DNA of 64,000 nucleotides from Somniosus microcephalus (lineage: Eukaryota): positions 340,814,001 to 340,878,000 of the forward strand of contig CM126203.1 in the NCBI GenBank assembly GCA_052327205.1, written 5' to 3'. The notes under the pieces were generated by a model that searched no databases, was not told the DNA's origin, and saw only the letters and a program-made list of their open reading frames with translations. Within the stretch, counting starts at the first letter, position 1. Each line of letters begins with the position of its first letter. Of the stretch, positions 48,454-61,487 are shown piece after piece. The translations under genes and the position numbers were made by a program.

Positions 48454-49067
48454 GGTAAATTTAATATTATAGGTATATATGCATTTAAAGCCAGCAAAAG
48501 AAAATGTTAAATTTATGCATACATAAAAAGCATTAAACTATTTGTAATCACAATGTTAAATGAACACAATTGAAGATCTATCAAATGCAAAAGTGTGATA
48601 TGTAGTCAATGAACTAATACAAACATAGAGATGAAAACCATTTAGGCAAGTACTCACTTTGTGGAAGGTCTTGGAGGGAGGAAAATGGGTCCCAGGCCAC
48701 GGAGGGGTTGGCTGGAAGAACCTGCAGAAGCAGAATCAATCCCTCTCTGAGCAAAACACTCAAATGTTTCTTGAATCATTTACTTCAACATAGAAAGGGA
48801 GAAACTGAAGCAAGGGAAGATAAATGATTAGTTGTACCAAAGTTGTTATCCAGAAGGAAAAGGGTCAGGATGTTGTTAGAATCCTCGAACTGAGGTTGTC
48901 TGAATAATGTCAATATCTATATGGGGAACTGCAGCTCTTAGCACTTCTGAAGCTTCATCGAGAGGTAGAGATGTTCAGCTGCAGACGTGACCAAGTCACA
49001 GAATGCCCATTCCCATATAAGAAGTTTTACAAATGTACTACTGAGGAGCAGATGTATGGACTGTGCA

Positions 49068-49338
49068 CATTCAAAACTGAGATGAGGAGAAACTTCTTCA
49101 CTCAGAGGGTAGTAAATCTATGGAATTTGCTACCTCAGAGAGCTGTGGAAGCTGCGACATTAAATAAATTTAAAATGGAGGTAGACAGTTTCCTAGCTGA
49201 TAAGGGAATTAGGGGTTACGGGGAGCGGGCAGGGAAGTGGACGTGAGTCTAGGTTCGGATCAGCCATGATCCTATTGAATGGCGGAGCAGGCCCGAGGGG
49301 CCGTATGGCCTATTCCTGCTCCTACTTATGTTCTTATG
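49068..49338 (+). mobile_element. CR1 3' end
   Basis: FKTEMRRNFFTQRVVNLWN plus the gggccgtatggcctattcctgctcct tail. Confidence 0.9.
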
Positions 49339-51139
49339 GTGTTTATCTTGGAATGGCTTCACTTACCAGATAGTAGTTGTGAAGTCTGCTCAGCTGGTGC
49401 AGATTTTTAAAGGACCATAAATTTAGGTTGAGCATTTTTTTTGTTCAGCCACCTAGGGTGTGAGTTTTGCATTGCTGCAACTAATACTGTATAAAGGATT
49501 TCATTACCTATGCGATGAAAAAACTAAAGTAAGTATCTAATGCTGTCTTTACATTCTTGGTTAACTACTAACGACAACTCTGTCAACAACAGTAGTTTGC
49601 GGTGTAAGTAAGTGACTCTGCTGGTGGTCTGCACTGCCGGAACAATATGTTTTGGGCAACTTCCCCTCGCTCATGCACAATTTTAAAAAGAAACTAGCTG
49701 CTATAGAAAAGACTATTTTCTTTATTTCTCTCGCTCCCACCCCCATATAAGCATAAGCAGGAGTGCAGTATCAGGACCAGGAAGTAGGTTCATAGTATAA
49801 ACCAGTTATAAAGTGTTAAATTACCTTTTTTAAAACAATTGCATTTAAATTCCTATATACCTCCAATTGTGGTGTTGTGTTCTAGTTGCATAAGAGTGAT
49901 GAGGAATCCCATTTGAATATTATAGATAAAGAACTTTATCTAGTAAGTAAAATTTTGCAGGGTAGCCTTGATAATTCCTGTTGGGTTGCCAAGCATAGTT
50001 CTGAATTTAAATCCTAACTTTAAATTGCAGTTGATGTTCTGCTTTCTTTGGGTGACCTGTCTCCCTTGTGACCGGTGCCGGTTGCTGCAAAAAGACATCT
50101 CGTCTGCCACTGGAGGTGAGACTTGACAATTCTTGGATGAAATCACTAACGTGCATCGATGGTGTATGTATTCTCACCAAATGTGAAGTTAGCTACCTCG
50201 AACAAAACATCCAGTTCTAACACTCATGCATGCACCTTCCTTTAAACAGGGAAGGGAGGCTGTTTGCTTCCAGACCTCTATGAGCTATTTGGTCAAGCAG
50301 GCCTTCCTTATGTGGGGGAGCCGGTGCTTGGCCGTCACTGAACATAGTTTAGAAGAAGTAGAATGAAGCAATCGAACTTGAATTTCTGAATATTAGCATA
50401 GCTCTAACATTCTCTTTCCCAAAATGTCAATGTTTTCTATCACGACGTCTAAAAAATTCAAGTTTAGCATCAACGCAAAGCCATGTGGGCTTTGTACATG
50501 CACAAAACGTGTATAGTGTCAGTCTGGTGTGAAGGCCCAAACGGACTCCAATGTGCAACAGACTGAGGCTCCCTGAGCTGGCCCGCAGGAGGATTTTAAT
50601 TTTTCTGCCTTTATTAAAACGGGGTATTTTGTTAGATGTAGGAAACTTGAAATTTGGAGACGATGCACACACTGTGCGTAAGTGAATTTATCCAAGAATT
50701 CAGTCTCTTTCCCAGTGGCAAACAAGAAATGTTTTTGCAAAAAACCTGCCTTTCACGTGAACGGGTTCTTGGAAGTTGGACAATGCACAGAAGAGCCTCG
50801 AATCTGGTTCCTGGTGTTGGGGGGTTTAAGTTATGAGGAGAGACGGGAGAATCCTTTGCTTTACAGTCCAGAAAAAGAAGCACCCAAGAGGTGGTCTTAG
50901 AGAGATATATAAAAGTTGGGCCCAGGACTTGGGCAGCAGTTGCCCCATAACTGCAGTGTCTGTGAAAGAAAATCCACTTTGCACTGCCACGATACTTCAT
51001 TTCACTCTTGCACCGAAATGACCTTTTCATCCAGAAGTGACCTTGCATGTTGAGAGGCTGAGCACATTTTTTGAATATTCCCGAGCCTTTTAACCCTGGC
51101 TATAATCTGTCAAACTCACCATTCCTTCTGCATAAATAA

Positions 51140-51600
51140 GTTACATAGTATCAGATAGTATTTACAGCACAGAAACAGGCCATTTGGGTCACCTGGTCCA
51201 TGCTCCACATGGACCTCCTTCCACTCCTCTTCATCTCACCCTATCAACATATCCTTCTATTCCTTTCTCCCTCATGTGTTTATCGAGCTTCCCCATGTCA
51301 CCTCAACTACTCCCTGTGGTAGCGAGTTCCACATTCTAGCCACTCTCCGGGTAAAGAAGTTTCTCCTGAATTCTCTACTGGATTTATTCATGACTATGCC
51401 GCCCCTGCAAGTGGAACCATCTTCTCTACATCTACCCTATCAAACTCTTTCGTATTCTTAAACACTTCTATCAGGTCACCCCTCAGTCTCTTTCCTAGAG
51501 AAAAAAGACCCAGCCTGTTCAATCTTTCTTTATGGGAATAACCTCTCAGTTCTGGTATCATCCTAGTAAATCTTTTCTGCACCTTCTCCAATGCCTCTAT
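51140..51600 (-). mobile_element. CR1 3' fragment
   Basis: ORF 51394..51591 has EKVQKRFTRMIPEL..RLRGDLIEVFK. Confidence 0.88.
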
Positions 51601-52259
51601 CGTTTTCTCTCAAATAATAAATGTAGCATTGTTTCAGAACTTTGGATCATTTGAATTGCAACCATTGCTTTGCTTGTTTAATTAAACCATTTCAAGAACA
51701 TTGATTTGGCTTGCGGTTGCTGAGCATTTTAAATGAGCTCCATGATGATTACAGCAATTTAGATGTATAGTGGCAGTGTGCCAATAACCTTTATTGCTGT
51801 ACTTGAACTTCGTACTGTATGATGTAAATAATTTAGGACTTTCTCTCAAATGTGAACCTCCCTAGTCACAAGGCCCTTGACGTGCAACAAGTCTAAACAA
51901 TAGAATTCAAGTCAGCCTTGGAATCCATCTGCGACATTATCAGAACGCCATGTACAGACTGTGGTGTGTACTAGTAAACTTGCAGTCTTGGATGTCCAGG
52001 TATAATGCCCTCTGAGCATTCTGGATGGTACTTGGCTGTAAGGCATGAATACAGTTTAATATGAAATGAGGATAGTTGATTTGTAGAAGGCCCATGAACT
52101 AGAGTTTGGGAACTGTGCAACCCAGTGCTTACAGCCATTAGTAATGGATGCAGTTTTTTTTAGGGCTTGTAACATACTGCTTTTAAAAGTCGGCTCCTCG
52201 AGTGGATTTTGTTTTCTTCCCTCTTGCTGAAGGCGTTAGTACATGCTGGAGTATGCTTC

Positions 52260-52500
52260 CACTGGTACCAGTACCTAGGCCAGGTGACCTTTTATATATT
52301 TGAGCCTAGACATTGCTGTAGGCAGATACTTCAATTATGTGGGCCATTAAGGCCAACGCTGATCCTGTCCTCATTGTTCACACATGGAAGCTTTGCAGCA
52401 GTGATCACTATATAGAATCAGGAGCAGGAAATCAAGTTAATTTAGCAAAGAATACTGCAGCTAATTGTAGCACCCAGCACTCTGGCTGAGGTGGTGTAAC
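52260..52500 (-). mobile_element. Old SINE-like repeat family S2 (related to 61488-61750; weaker copy at about 55610-55795)
   Basis: gagcctagaca...gatcctgtcctca...tcaggagcaggaa...attgtagcaccc is roughly the reverse complement of motifs at 61488-61750. Confidence 0.45.
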
Positions 52501-53129
52501 TGAACGCACTGTGTGCCTCACCTAAGTGGTAGGTTTATCCTTTTGAGCAGCTTGAAATGCTGGACTCTCATTAGGGCTTAGTGATCTGTCTGCCAGCTGA
52601 TCAGATGGTGTTTGATTAACTGCTAATATATCATAGCAGACATCCTAAATTAATGCTAGACTGATAAATATCGGTTCTGATAATCAGTTCTGCAATGTTT
52701 TTAACGAGTGCTGTTGTGTCCTTTGTATCAGAGATGCCTTCTTAAAATGGCCTCTAGAAAGCAGGACCTAGTTTTCATATCGTGCTGTGTAGGGTTGTAT
52801 AATGGAATTGCCACTGTCTATCCTGTACCTGACCGTGAGCCAGCACTGGAGGCTGGTAGAATTAATAATTTAAACTTGTGCCACCTGTTTTTACATCTTA
52901 AACTCCAAAAAGATTCTTGCTGAGCTTCTGTTTGGTGTTGTAATTGGCAATCTGGTTTGGACTGGCCTCTGTGATGGGATGTTGGTGTCACTGGTTTCCG
53001 ATGGGGAGGCGGGGAGCTGAAGGAAGGCAACTTGCTTTCCTTCCAGTATGTGGCATAGTGGGAGCTGGTCACTTGTCCTTCAGCAAAAGAATAATGTGAC
53101 CATAAGGAAGAAAGGGAAGGAAGCTTGGG

Positions 53130-53255
53130 GAAAGTAGGAAAAACAAATTGTCGGGCTATGGGAAAAGAGCAGGCGAGTGGGGCTAATTGGATAGCTTTTT
53201 CAGAGAACAGGCACGATAGGCCAAATGGCCTCCTGCTGTGCTGTATGATTCTCTG
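53130..53255 (+). mobile_element. CR1 3' tail
   Basis: gggctatgggaaaagagcagg...ggccaaatggcctcctgctgtgctgtatgattct. Confidence 0.8.
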
Positions 53256-53747
53256 ACAAAAGCACAAGATCAAAACCTTGATGAAAGCCACAAGCTGGTG
53301 TTTTATGATGTATTTAGCTGTTATTTGTAGAAGTGCATAGTCAGAAGAAGCAAAGTTTGTTTTGGAGACAATTGGTCTGATTAGTATGTCCCCACTGGAT
53401 TTATATAAAACAGATAATGTTACGTGCAATGTGTGAAAAGTAAAACCAGTGGTCTGTCACATTCTGTTGGCTTCGATCAGTCTCTAAGTCATGCTAAAAT
53501 TGCTTTTTTTTTGGTTTGTGCAAACTGAAACCCAAGTATGATGTGACTTTGTGGTCTGAAAACATTAAATGAATGTTTTTGCCAAAACTCTAATCCTACT
53601 TGTAGAGCGCAGCCAGGCTTTCCAGCTTGGTAAGCGAGGGCTGTGACTGAGGTTGAATATAGAAAATGAATGGCCAAGGTTAACTGGGAACAGGGCTAGT
53701 TATTGAGGTTGCAGAACTCTGTGGAACTGCAGATTATTGCTCTGCCA

Positions 53748-54343
53748 ATGTTGCTGCAGTTGTACAGGGCCTTGGTGAGACCGCACCTTGAGTATTGTGT
53801 GCAGTTTTGGTCGCCTTATCTGAGGAAGGATGTTCTTGCCATGGAAGGAGTGCAGCGAAGATTCACCAGGCTGATACCTGGGATGGCAGGAATGATGTAT
53901 GAGGAGGGATTGTGTCGATTGGGCTTATACTCACTGGTGTTTAGAAGGTTGAGAGGGGATCTCATCGAAACCTATAAAATTCTGTCAGGCCTGGACAGAC
54001 TAGATGCAGGAAGGATGTTCCCGATGGTCGGGGAGTCCAGAACCAGTGGTCACAGTCTAAGGATAAGGGGTAAGCCATTTAGGACTGAAATGAGAAATTT
54101 CTTCACCCAGAGAGTGGTGAACCTGTGGAATTCTCTGCCACAGAGGGCGGTGGAGGTCAGTTCATTAAATATATTCAAGAAAGAGTTGGATATATTTCTT
54201 AAGGCTAACGGGATCAAAGGATATGGGGAGAAGGCAGGGACAGGGTACTGAATTTGAATGATCAGCCATGATCTCATTGAATGGTGGAGCAGGCTCGAAG
54301 GGCCGAATGGCCTACTCCTGCTCCTATCTTCTATGTTTCTATG
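53748..54343 (+). mobile_element. Young CR1 (HER1-like) 3' fragment with open ORF2 C-terminus
   Basis: Uninterrupted [22 protein letters not shown]...GYGEKAGTGY*, then 3' UTR and ttctatgtttctatg tail. Confidence 0.95.
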
Positions 54344-54494
54344 AATTGGAAAAATTGGTGCATAAAAATCATATCGTCACTGGTCTGTGGTTGTAACTTA
54401 ACTCACTGCGATTTGTTTTCCCCATCCTCAGAGTAAGTCTTGGATCTAATTTTTACACTGCTACACCAAATATTCTGCATTAGTTACCCCCAGA

Positions 54495-54630
54495 CCTGAC
54501 TCTTCCAATAATCTCCTGGCTGGCCTTCCATCCACTCTAATCTTCAGTTCACCCAAAACTCTGCTGGCCGTATCCTAACTTGCACCAAGTCCCGTTCACC
54601 CATCACCTCTGTACTCGCTGACCTATATTG
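54495..54630 (+). mobile_element. L2 internal fragment
   Basis: Encodes LLAGLP..QNSA..ILTCTKSRSPITSVLADL. Confidence 0.7.
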
Positions 54631-55837
54631 CTGAACTTGCTGGTTTTTCTCTAGGGCTTACATACGGGCATTAAATAAGTGGTATCAAAATCCAGAACTG
54701 GCTGTTTTAATGCTGTGAAGCTCATTATCTCCTTTCTGTTGACCATATCTGGCATTTGCAGCGTAACGCCACCTAGCTACATTCTGCAAGAAGGCTCTGA
54801 CTTGCAAAATAGTAGCCTTTGAAATCTTGACTCTTTCGAACTCCATGGTGTGGATCAATGCTGAAGCATTTTTGCTCCAAGGGCTCTACTGTAATGTCGA
54901 ATGTGTAGGTTTGAAGCATGTTTCTGGAAAAATTGTCATTTTCCAGAAATTGCAAGAAGCTGTCAGGGTTATGTAATTACACCAGACAGATTGCTTTTGT
55001 CAGATTTCTATATATATGTAAATATATGAATGGTGTCTCATTAATGACCTAGCCATGATGGGTTCAGTGTTTCAATATGCAGTAATGTACTTTGCAAGAA
55101 CAGCATTTGTTGTCTTCACATGGATGTCTGCACTGTGGCCCTACTGGGGATATATGTACCCTTTATGAAGTTGATGACTCCAAATGTGCTGTCATCAGGG
55201 TTTTAGATATTTATGTAGGTTTTTTTTTAAAAGTGTCTTCAGTGTTTCACCCTTTACCATGGTCTCCATTTGTTACATTCTATCACTTGCTAAGAGGACA
55301 GTTGACCTTCCAGGATTGTACTAATACCACTTGCAAATTGACAATTCGCATTGTTGCAAGAACAGCTCAAGGCACCGTCTCCGCTCTTCTCTCCCTTCCA
55401 CTGCACCCCTGCTATTTCTCAAATCCCCCCCCCCCCCCCCCAGGGAAAAAAAGTTGGAAATGCCTGGCTTCTGCTCAGTATCTATGCATCCATGATGTGT
55501 AGAGGGTTGTGGAAGTAAGTCCAAGTCCTACTGTGGCAAAGTGCAGCTCCACTATTTTCAATGAATTTTCTTCCCTGCCCTCCTTTTCTGAAGAGGCTGA
55601 GATACTGGTGCCTGTGCCTCTAGCATTCACTCACATATCCATGAGCCTTGATTGAATGTTTGTAGATTTTTGGACTACAGGGGCCATTGCAGATTAGTGT
55701 GATCCTGTTAGGATGCCAGTAGTGATCTGGATTGGGACCCTAAGCTGTTTCAGCACTGTTATCCAGGGGGCAGAAATCAATTGGTGCACCCTGACTGTGA
55801 ACCTACTTGAAGGTGTCCTGACTAACTTTGGGACATT

Positions 55838-57638
55838 TAGAAACATAGAAGATAGGAGCAGGAGTAGGCCATTCGGCCCCTCGAGCCTGTTCCGCCATTT
55901 AATGAGATCATGGCTGATCATCCAAATTCAGTACCCTGTCCCTGCCTTCTCCCCATATCCCTTGATCCCTTTAGCCTTAAGAAATATATCCAACTCTTTC
56001 TTGAATATATTTAATGAATTGGCCTCAACTGCCTTCTGTGGTAGAGAATTCCACAGGTTCACCACTCTCTGGGTGAAGAAATTCCTCCTCATCTCAGTCT
56101 TAAATGGCTTACCCCTTATCCTTAGACTGTGACCTCTGGTTCTGGACTCCCTGGCCATCGGCAACATCTAGCCTGCCTAGTCCCATTAGAATTTTATAAG
56201 TTTCAATGAGATCCCCTCTCATTCATCTAAACTCTAGCAAATATAAGCCTAATCGACCCAATCTCTCCTCATACGTCGTTCCTGCCATCCCAGGTATCAG
56301 TCTGGTGAATCTTCGCTGCGCTCCCTCCATGGCAAGAACATCCTTCCTCAGATAAGGCGACCAAAACTGCACAGAATACTCGGTGTGGTCTCACCAAGGC
56401 CCTGTACAACTGCAGCAAGACATCCTTGCTCCTGTACTCGAATCCTCTCGCTATGAAGGCCAACATACCATTTGCCGCCTTAACCGCCTGCTGCACCTGC
56501 ATGCTTACCTTCAGCGACTGGTGCACAAGGACACCCAGGTCTCATTGCACTTCCCCTTCTCCCAACCTATTGCCGTTCAGATAATCTGCCTTCCTGTTTT
56601 TGCCACCAAAGTGGATAACCTCGCATTTATCCACATTATACTGCATCTGCCCAATCACCCAACCTGTCTAAATCGTACTGGAGTTTCTCTGCATCCTCCT
56701 CACAGCACACGCGTCCACCCAGCTTTGTGTCATTTGCAAACTTGGAGATATTACATCTAGTTCCCTCGTCTAGATCATTAATATATATTGTGACTAGCTG
56801 GGGTCCTAGCACCAATCCCTGCAGTACCCCACTAGTCACTGCCTGCCACTCGGAAAAAGACCCGTTTATTCCAACTCTTTGCTTCCTGTCTGCCAACCAG
56901 TTCTCTATCCAAGACAGTACCTTACCCGCAATCCCATGTGCTTTAACTTTGCACGCTAGTCTCTTATGTGGGACCTTATCGAAAGCCTTCTGGAAGTCCA
57001 AATACACCACATCCACTGGTTCTCCCTTATCTATTCTACCAGTTACATCCTCAAAAAATTCCAGTAGATTAGTCGAGCATGATTTACCTTTTGTAAATCC
57101 ATGTTGACTTTGTCCGATCCCGTCACTGTTTTCCAAGTGCTCTGCTATTACATCTTTTATAATGGACTCTAGCGTTTTCCCCACTACCGATGTCAGGCTT
57201 ACCGGTCTATAATTCCCCGTTTTCTCTCTACCACCTTTTTTAAATAGTGGGGTTACATTAGCTACCTTCCAGTCTATAGAATTTTGGAAGATGACCAGCA
57301 ATGCATCTACTATTTCTAGGGCCACTTCCTTAAGTACCCTAGGATGTAGATTATCAGGCCCTGGGGATTTATCGGCCTTCAATCCCGTCAATTTCCTTAA
57401 CACCATTTCCCTACAAATACTGATTTCGTTCAATTCCTCCCTCTCATTAGACCCTATGTTCCCCGACATCTCTGGCAGGTTATTTGTGTCCTCCTTTGAA
57501 GACAGAACCAAAGTATGTATTTAGTTGGTCCGCCATGTCTTTGTTCCCCATTATAAATTCCCCTGATTCTGACTGCAAGGGACCTACGCTTGACTTCACC
57601 AATCTTTTTCTCTTCACATATCTATAGAAGCTTTTACA
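55838..57638 (-). mobile_element. Young CR1 LINE, about 1.8 kb, 5'-truncated, RT domain largely intact
   Basis: ORF 56636..57511 (291 aa) has KSPGPDNLHPRVLKE, NYRPVSLTS, QHGFTKGKSC, YLDFQKAFDKVPH and FANDTK (FADD mutated). Frameshifted C-terminus. Same subfamily as 53748-54343. Confidence 0.95.
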
Positions 57639-57764
57639 GAGCGATGTGATGAGATGCTATATAAATGCAAGTTCTTTGTTTTCTGTGGTTCTATATATTC
57701 ACAGCTTGCAGTATTAGTATTCTACACATTTTCAGTGAAATTTCTTTTCTTAAATACCTTGAAT

Positions 57765-58570
57765 TCATAGAATCATAGAATGGTTACAGCACGGAAGAAG
57801 GCCATTTGGCCCATTGAACCCGTGCCGACTCTCAGCTAGTCCCACTCGCTTGCCCCTTCCCTGTAGCCCTGCAGAAATGTTTCTTTTAGATACTTATCCA
57901 ACTCCCTTTTGAAAGAAAAGATTGAGTTTGCCTCCACCGCCCTTTCAGGCAGTGCATTCCAGATCTTAACCACTCGCGTAAAAATTTTTTTCTTGCGACG
58001 CCTTTTGTCAATCACCTTAAATCTGTGTCCTCTGGTTCTAGACCCTTCTACCAATGGAAACAGTTTCTCTCTGTCCAGACCCCTTATGATTTTGAACACC
58101 TATCAAATCTCCTCTCAATCTTCTCTGCTCTAAGAACAATCCCAGCTTCTCCAGTCTATCAACGTAACTGAAGTCCCTCATTCCTGGAATCATTCTCGTA
58201 AATGTTTTCTGCACCTCCTCTGAGGCCTTCACATCCTTCCTAAAGTGTGGTGCCCAGAATTGGACACAGTACTCCAGTTAGGGCCGAACCTGTGTTTTAT
58301 CATCATTGCCACACTTTTGTACTCTATACCTCTATTTATGAAGCCCAGGGTCGTGTAAGCCTTTTTAACTGCTTTCTCAACCTGCCCTGCCACCTTCAGT
58401 GATTTGTGCACATATATCCCCAGGTCTCTGTTCGTGCACCCCCTTTAGGATTGTACCATTTACTTTCTATGCCCTCTCCTCATTCTTTCTACCAAAAATG
58501 TATCACTTCACACTTTGCTGTGTTAAATTTCATCTGCCACGTGTCCGCCTATTTCACCAGCCTGTCTGTC
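57765..58570 (-). mobile_element. CR1 LINE of a second subfamily, 3' part
   Basis: Tail tcatagaatcatagaa. ORFs give HKSLKVAGQVEKAVKKAY, RLRGDLI and RVVKIWNALP. Confidence 0.9.
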
Positions 58571-59184
58571 TTCCTGAATTAGTAGTGAATAACATCACAT
58601 ACAATTTAGCTTGCATCATGAAGAATGACCTTAGCTTGCATTCACATTCCCTCCCAAGTGTTTTCCTACCCTGAAAATTACTGGTCAAACATTTACAGTC
58701 GGGTATGTGCGCATTTTCACATTCATTTTTACCCCATCAGTATGGGAGATCAACTTAATTGCTCCAAGATTTTCTTTCAAAAGCATTAAGAAGAAAGGGA
58801 TGACAGTTCTGCATATAGCCTAGATTTTCTAGTAATTTTGTACCTCTGTTGATTGCAGAAAAATGACACTACATTCCAACCGTATGCCCATGATGCAACA
58901 TTGTTATTGTCCATTTGTTCATCTAAATACTTAACAAAAGGAAATGGTTGTTCATTGCAAAAGCAATTACCAATTTAAAGATTTAGCTAGACATTCTTAA
59001 TGGTAAATGTATATAACCAATTAACACAAAATGGCATTTTATAAATTTAAAAAGTAGCACTTTGGCAGGATAACTTTAGCATACTCTCTAACAATGTGTA
59101 GTATTACCCATGATCTTCAGACTGTATATTTGCAAGTGTTCTGTCTCGTTTGTATGCTGTTTGAGGTAATGTACATTCCTACCT

Positions 59185-59405
59185 CTTTGAGTAGTGCCAC
59201 AGGATCTTTAACATTCACCTAAACCTTTGGAACAGACAATTGGAAACTTGGTTAATATCTCATCTGAAGGCCAGCACCTTTGACCATGCAGCGTTCTTAG
59301 TGCTGCGCTAGAGTGTCATCTTATATTATATATACTTAAATCCCAGAGTGGAGCCTGAAATCGCAATCTTCTGACTTAGCGGTGAGAGTGCAGTCCAACA
59401 CTGTG
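59185..59405 (-). mobile_element. Deu-SINE 5' part, decayed
   Basis: tagtgccacaggatcttt...catctgaaggccagcacc...cttctgacttagcggtgagagtgc parallels 10710-10910. Confidence 0.7.
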
Positions 59406-59519
59406 ACTTTGTGTTAGCTTCTCTTTTACCATGTCTGCAGAGCTAATTATGCAGACCTTTTTTTTTAAAACCAAGACGTTTCTTGATTTTTGGGGCTGTT
59501 GCGACTTTGAGACCCAATC

Positions 59520-59720
59520 GCAACAACTTGCATTTATATAGCGTCTTTAACGTAGGAAAATATCCCAAGGTGCTTCACAGGAGAGTAATAATGCAAAAAT
59601 TGACACTGAGCCAAAGGAGGAAATATTGGACTAAACGCTTGGTGAAAGAGGTAAGTTTTAAGGAGGGTCTTCCCGAACTTCGGCCATAGACGGCTGAAGG
59701 CATGGCTGCCAATGGTGCTG
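59520..59720 (-). mobile_element. L2 3' fragment
   Basis: caacaacttgcatttatatagcg; encodes KTLLKTYLFHQAF. Confidence 0.8.
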
Positions 59721-60299
59721 GCACCCAATTAAGCACAATATAAAGGCAGCTGCAGTCAACACTGAAATAGAAGTGGATATTTACAACCTTGAGATGGCGT
59801 GATAACTATTTTCTATTTGTAATTTCTAACCCCACCCCCATTAAATCCAAAGTGCAAATGCTCCCTCCTTTTACAGTGGCATCTCGGTCTTACGGTGTAT
59901 GTAGTGCTGAAGTAACAGGAGACTGCACTTGGGACAGTTTTCTACATTAAAGGCATTATAGAAATGCAAGTTGTTGCTTACCTGATAGCCAAGTTATTAA
60001 GGATGAGCTTAACAGCTGTCTCTGCTGTAGATGGCAAGTTTGGAATGCTGTTCAGCAGAGATTGTGAAGACCAGGTTAAAATGACATCCTTGCAAAGTAG
60101 TCAGATGGCTGTTTATAGAAAATACCCAGGAACTTTGTCCAATTTTTTTATTCAAGAAAAAAAAATGCCTTTGGAAAGGTGAGCTGGGATATCCTTGGAA
60201 GTCATTACAGCTAGCCTTTTTGTATTAAGTACATTTATTGTTTAATGCAGTTCCACAATTAACAGTGAATCTATTCCAAACTATAAACAGCTGTCTACA

Positions 60300-60835
60300 T
60301 CAGATATTCACAGCTGTCTCCAAGGAACTGGAGAGCGTGGGCTCCAGAGATTCAGACAATGCGTATAGAATTGCTGGGTGAATCATGGCACAGCTGTAAA
60401 TGTATTCGTCCAAATTCTGTACAAGTTTTGAACTTGTCTTTATTTTTTGAAGTACCCACATGACGTCAATCTTGCATAACCATTGTTTCTCATTTTTGGG
60501 TCTCAATGGCCCATATTGTTCATTGATTTTAATTTCTCTGCCTCCCTATGGTGAAAGTCCCAATTCTCTCGTGTTTGAGATGAGCTCTCCATATGCAAAT
60601 TGGAGGAGCAAAATCTTGGCCTATTGCATGGTCGACGTTGATACACATGTAATCCTGCATTGGACAACCTTTTTGGCTTGCCTCCACTCCTTGATAAGCT
60701 GGCACAGTGAATCCGATACTTGTGGATTTTGCAGTTCCCAGTTCAGTTGCTTGCCCCAATACATTCTGCATTTCTTGATTTGAAATACTGGTATCTGCAG
60801 ACTCATTATGTGGAACATTCTCATTGATCTTATAC
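60300..60835 (-). mobile_element. Possible decayed L1-type ORF1p-like remnant
   Basis: Minus-strand frames give GVEASQKG..IGQDFAPPICIWRAH and REIKINEQY..KLVQNLDEYI, loosely like LINE ORF1p RRM/CTD motifs. Weak similarity. Confidence 0.25.
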
Positions 60836-61155
60836 AAGACATGAGTTCAAATCCCACCACGGCAGCTGTGGAATTTAAATTGTTAATAAATAAATGTGGA
60901 GTAATAAGCTAGTATCAGTAATGGTGACCATTAAACTACCGGATTGTCATAAAAATCCATCTGGTTCACTAATTTCCTTTAGGGAAGGAAATCTGCCGTC
61001 CTTGTCTGGTCTGTATGTGACTCCAGACCCACAGCAATGTGGCTGACTCTTAACTGCCCTCTGAAATGTCCTAGTAAGTCACTCGAAGGCAATTAGGGAT
61101 GGGCAATAAATGCTGGCCTAGCCAGCGACGCCCACATCCCGTGAACTAATTTTTT
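60836..61155 (+). mobile_element. SINE S1, 5'-truncated at the B-box
   Basis: gagttcaaatcccacc...ctggttcactaatttcctttagggaaggaaatctgcc...gggcaataaatgctggcctagccagcgacgcccacatccc. Confidence 0.9.
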
Positions 61156-61487
61156 TTAAATTTGTTTTCAAGCAAGCTTCTGTTTGCTTTCAATTAGAGA
61201 GGATGGTGGAACGGTTTGATCTTGTACTATATGCTTTGCATGGTTCTGATTTTTGATCTCTTAGAGATCGAGATGTGACGCTATCTACCCTGCACTGGTT
61301 ATCTTTCTCCAGCAGAGAGGAGTGGTCATGCAACTTGTTTTGTGAATCTGCCAAATTCCACTCTTAAGAAACCTAGATATGACACAATAAATTAGTAACT
61401 CTCTTTTACAACAAATCACAATCTTGTGCCTCTGTAATACTGCTTCTGCTAACTTCATTTTCAAAAATAAAATTGTAGTGTCCAACA

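Noticed and set aside
52818-53429. 203-aa minus-strand ORF
   Set aside because: It runs through a CR1 tail, starts at a non-ATG codon and has no recognisable domain.
53703-57511. Functional reverse transcriptase genes (ORFs 53703..54251 and 56636..57511; also 35202..35933 and 24268-26003)
   Set aside because: All are 5'-truncated, frameshifted LINE ORF2 pieces. The longest has the catalytic FADD changed to FAND. There is no sign of domestication.
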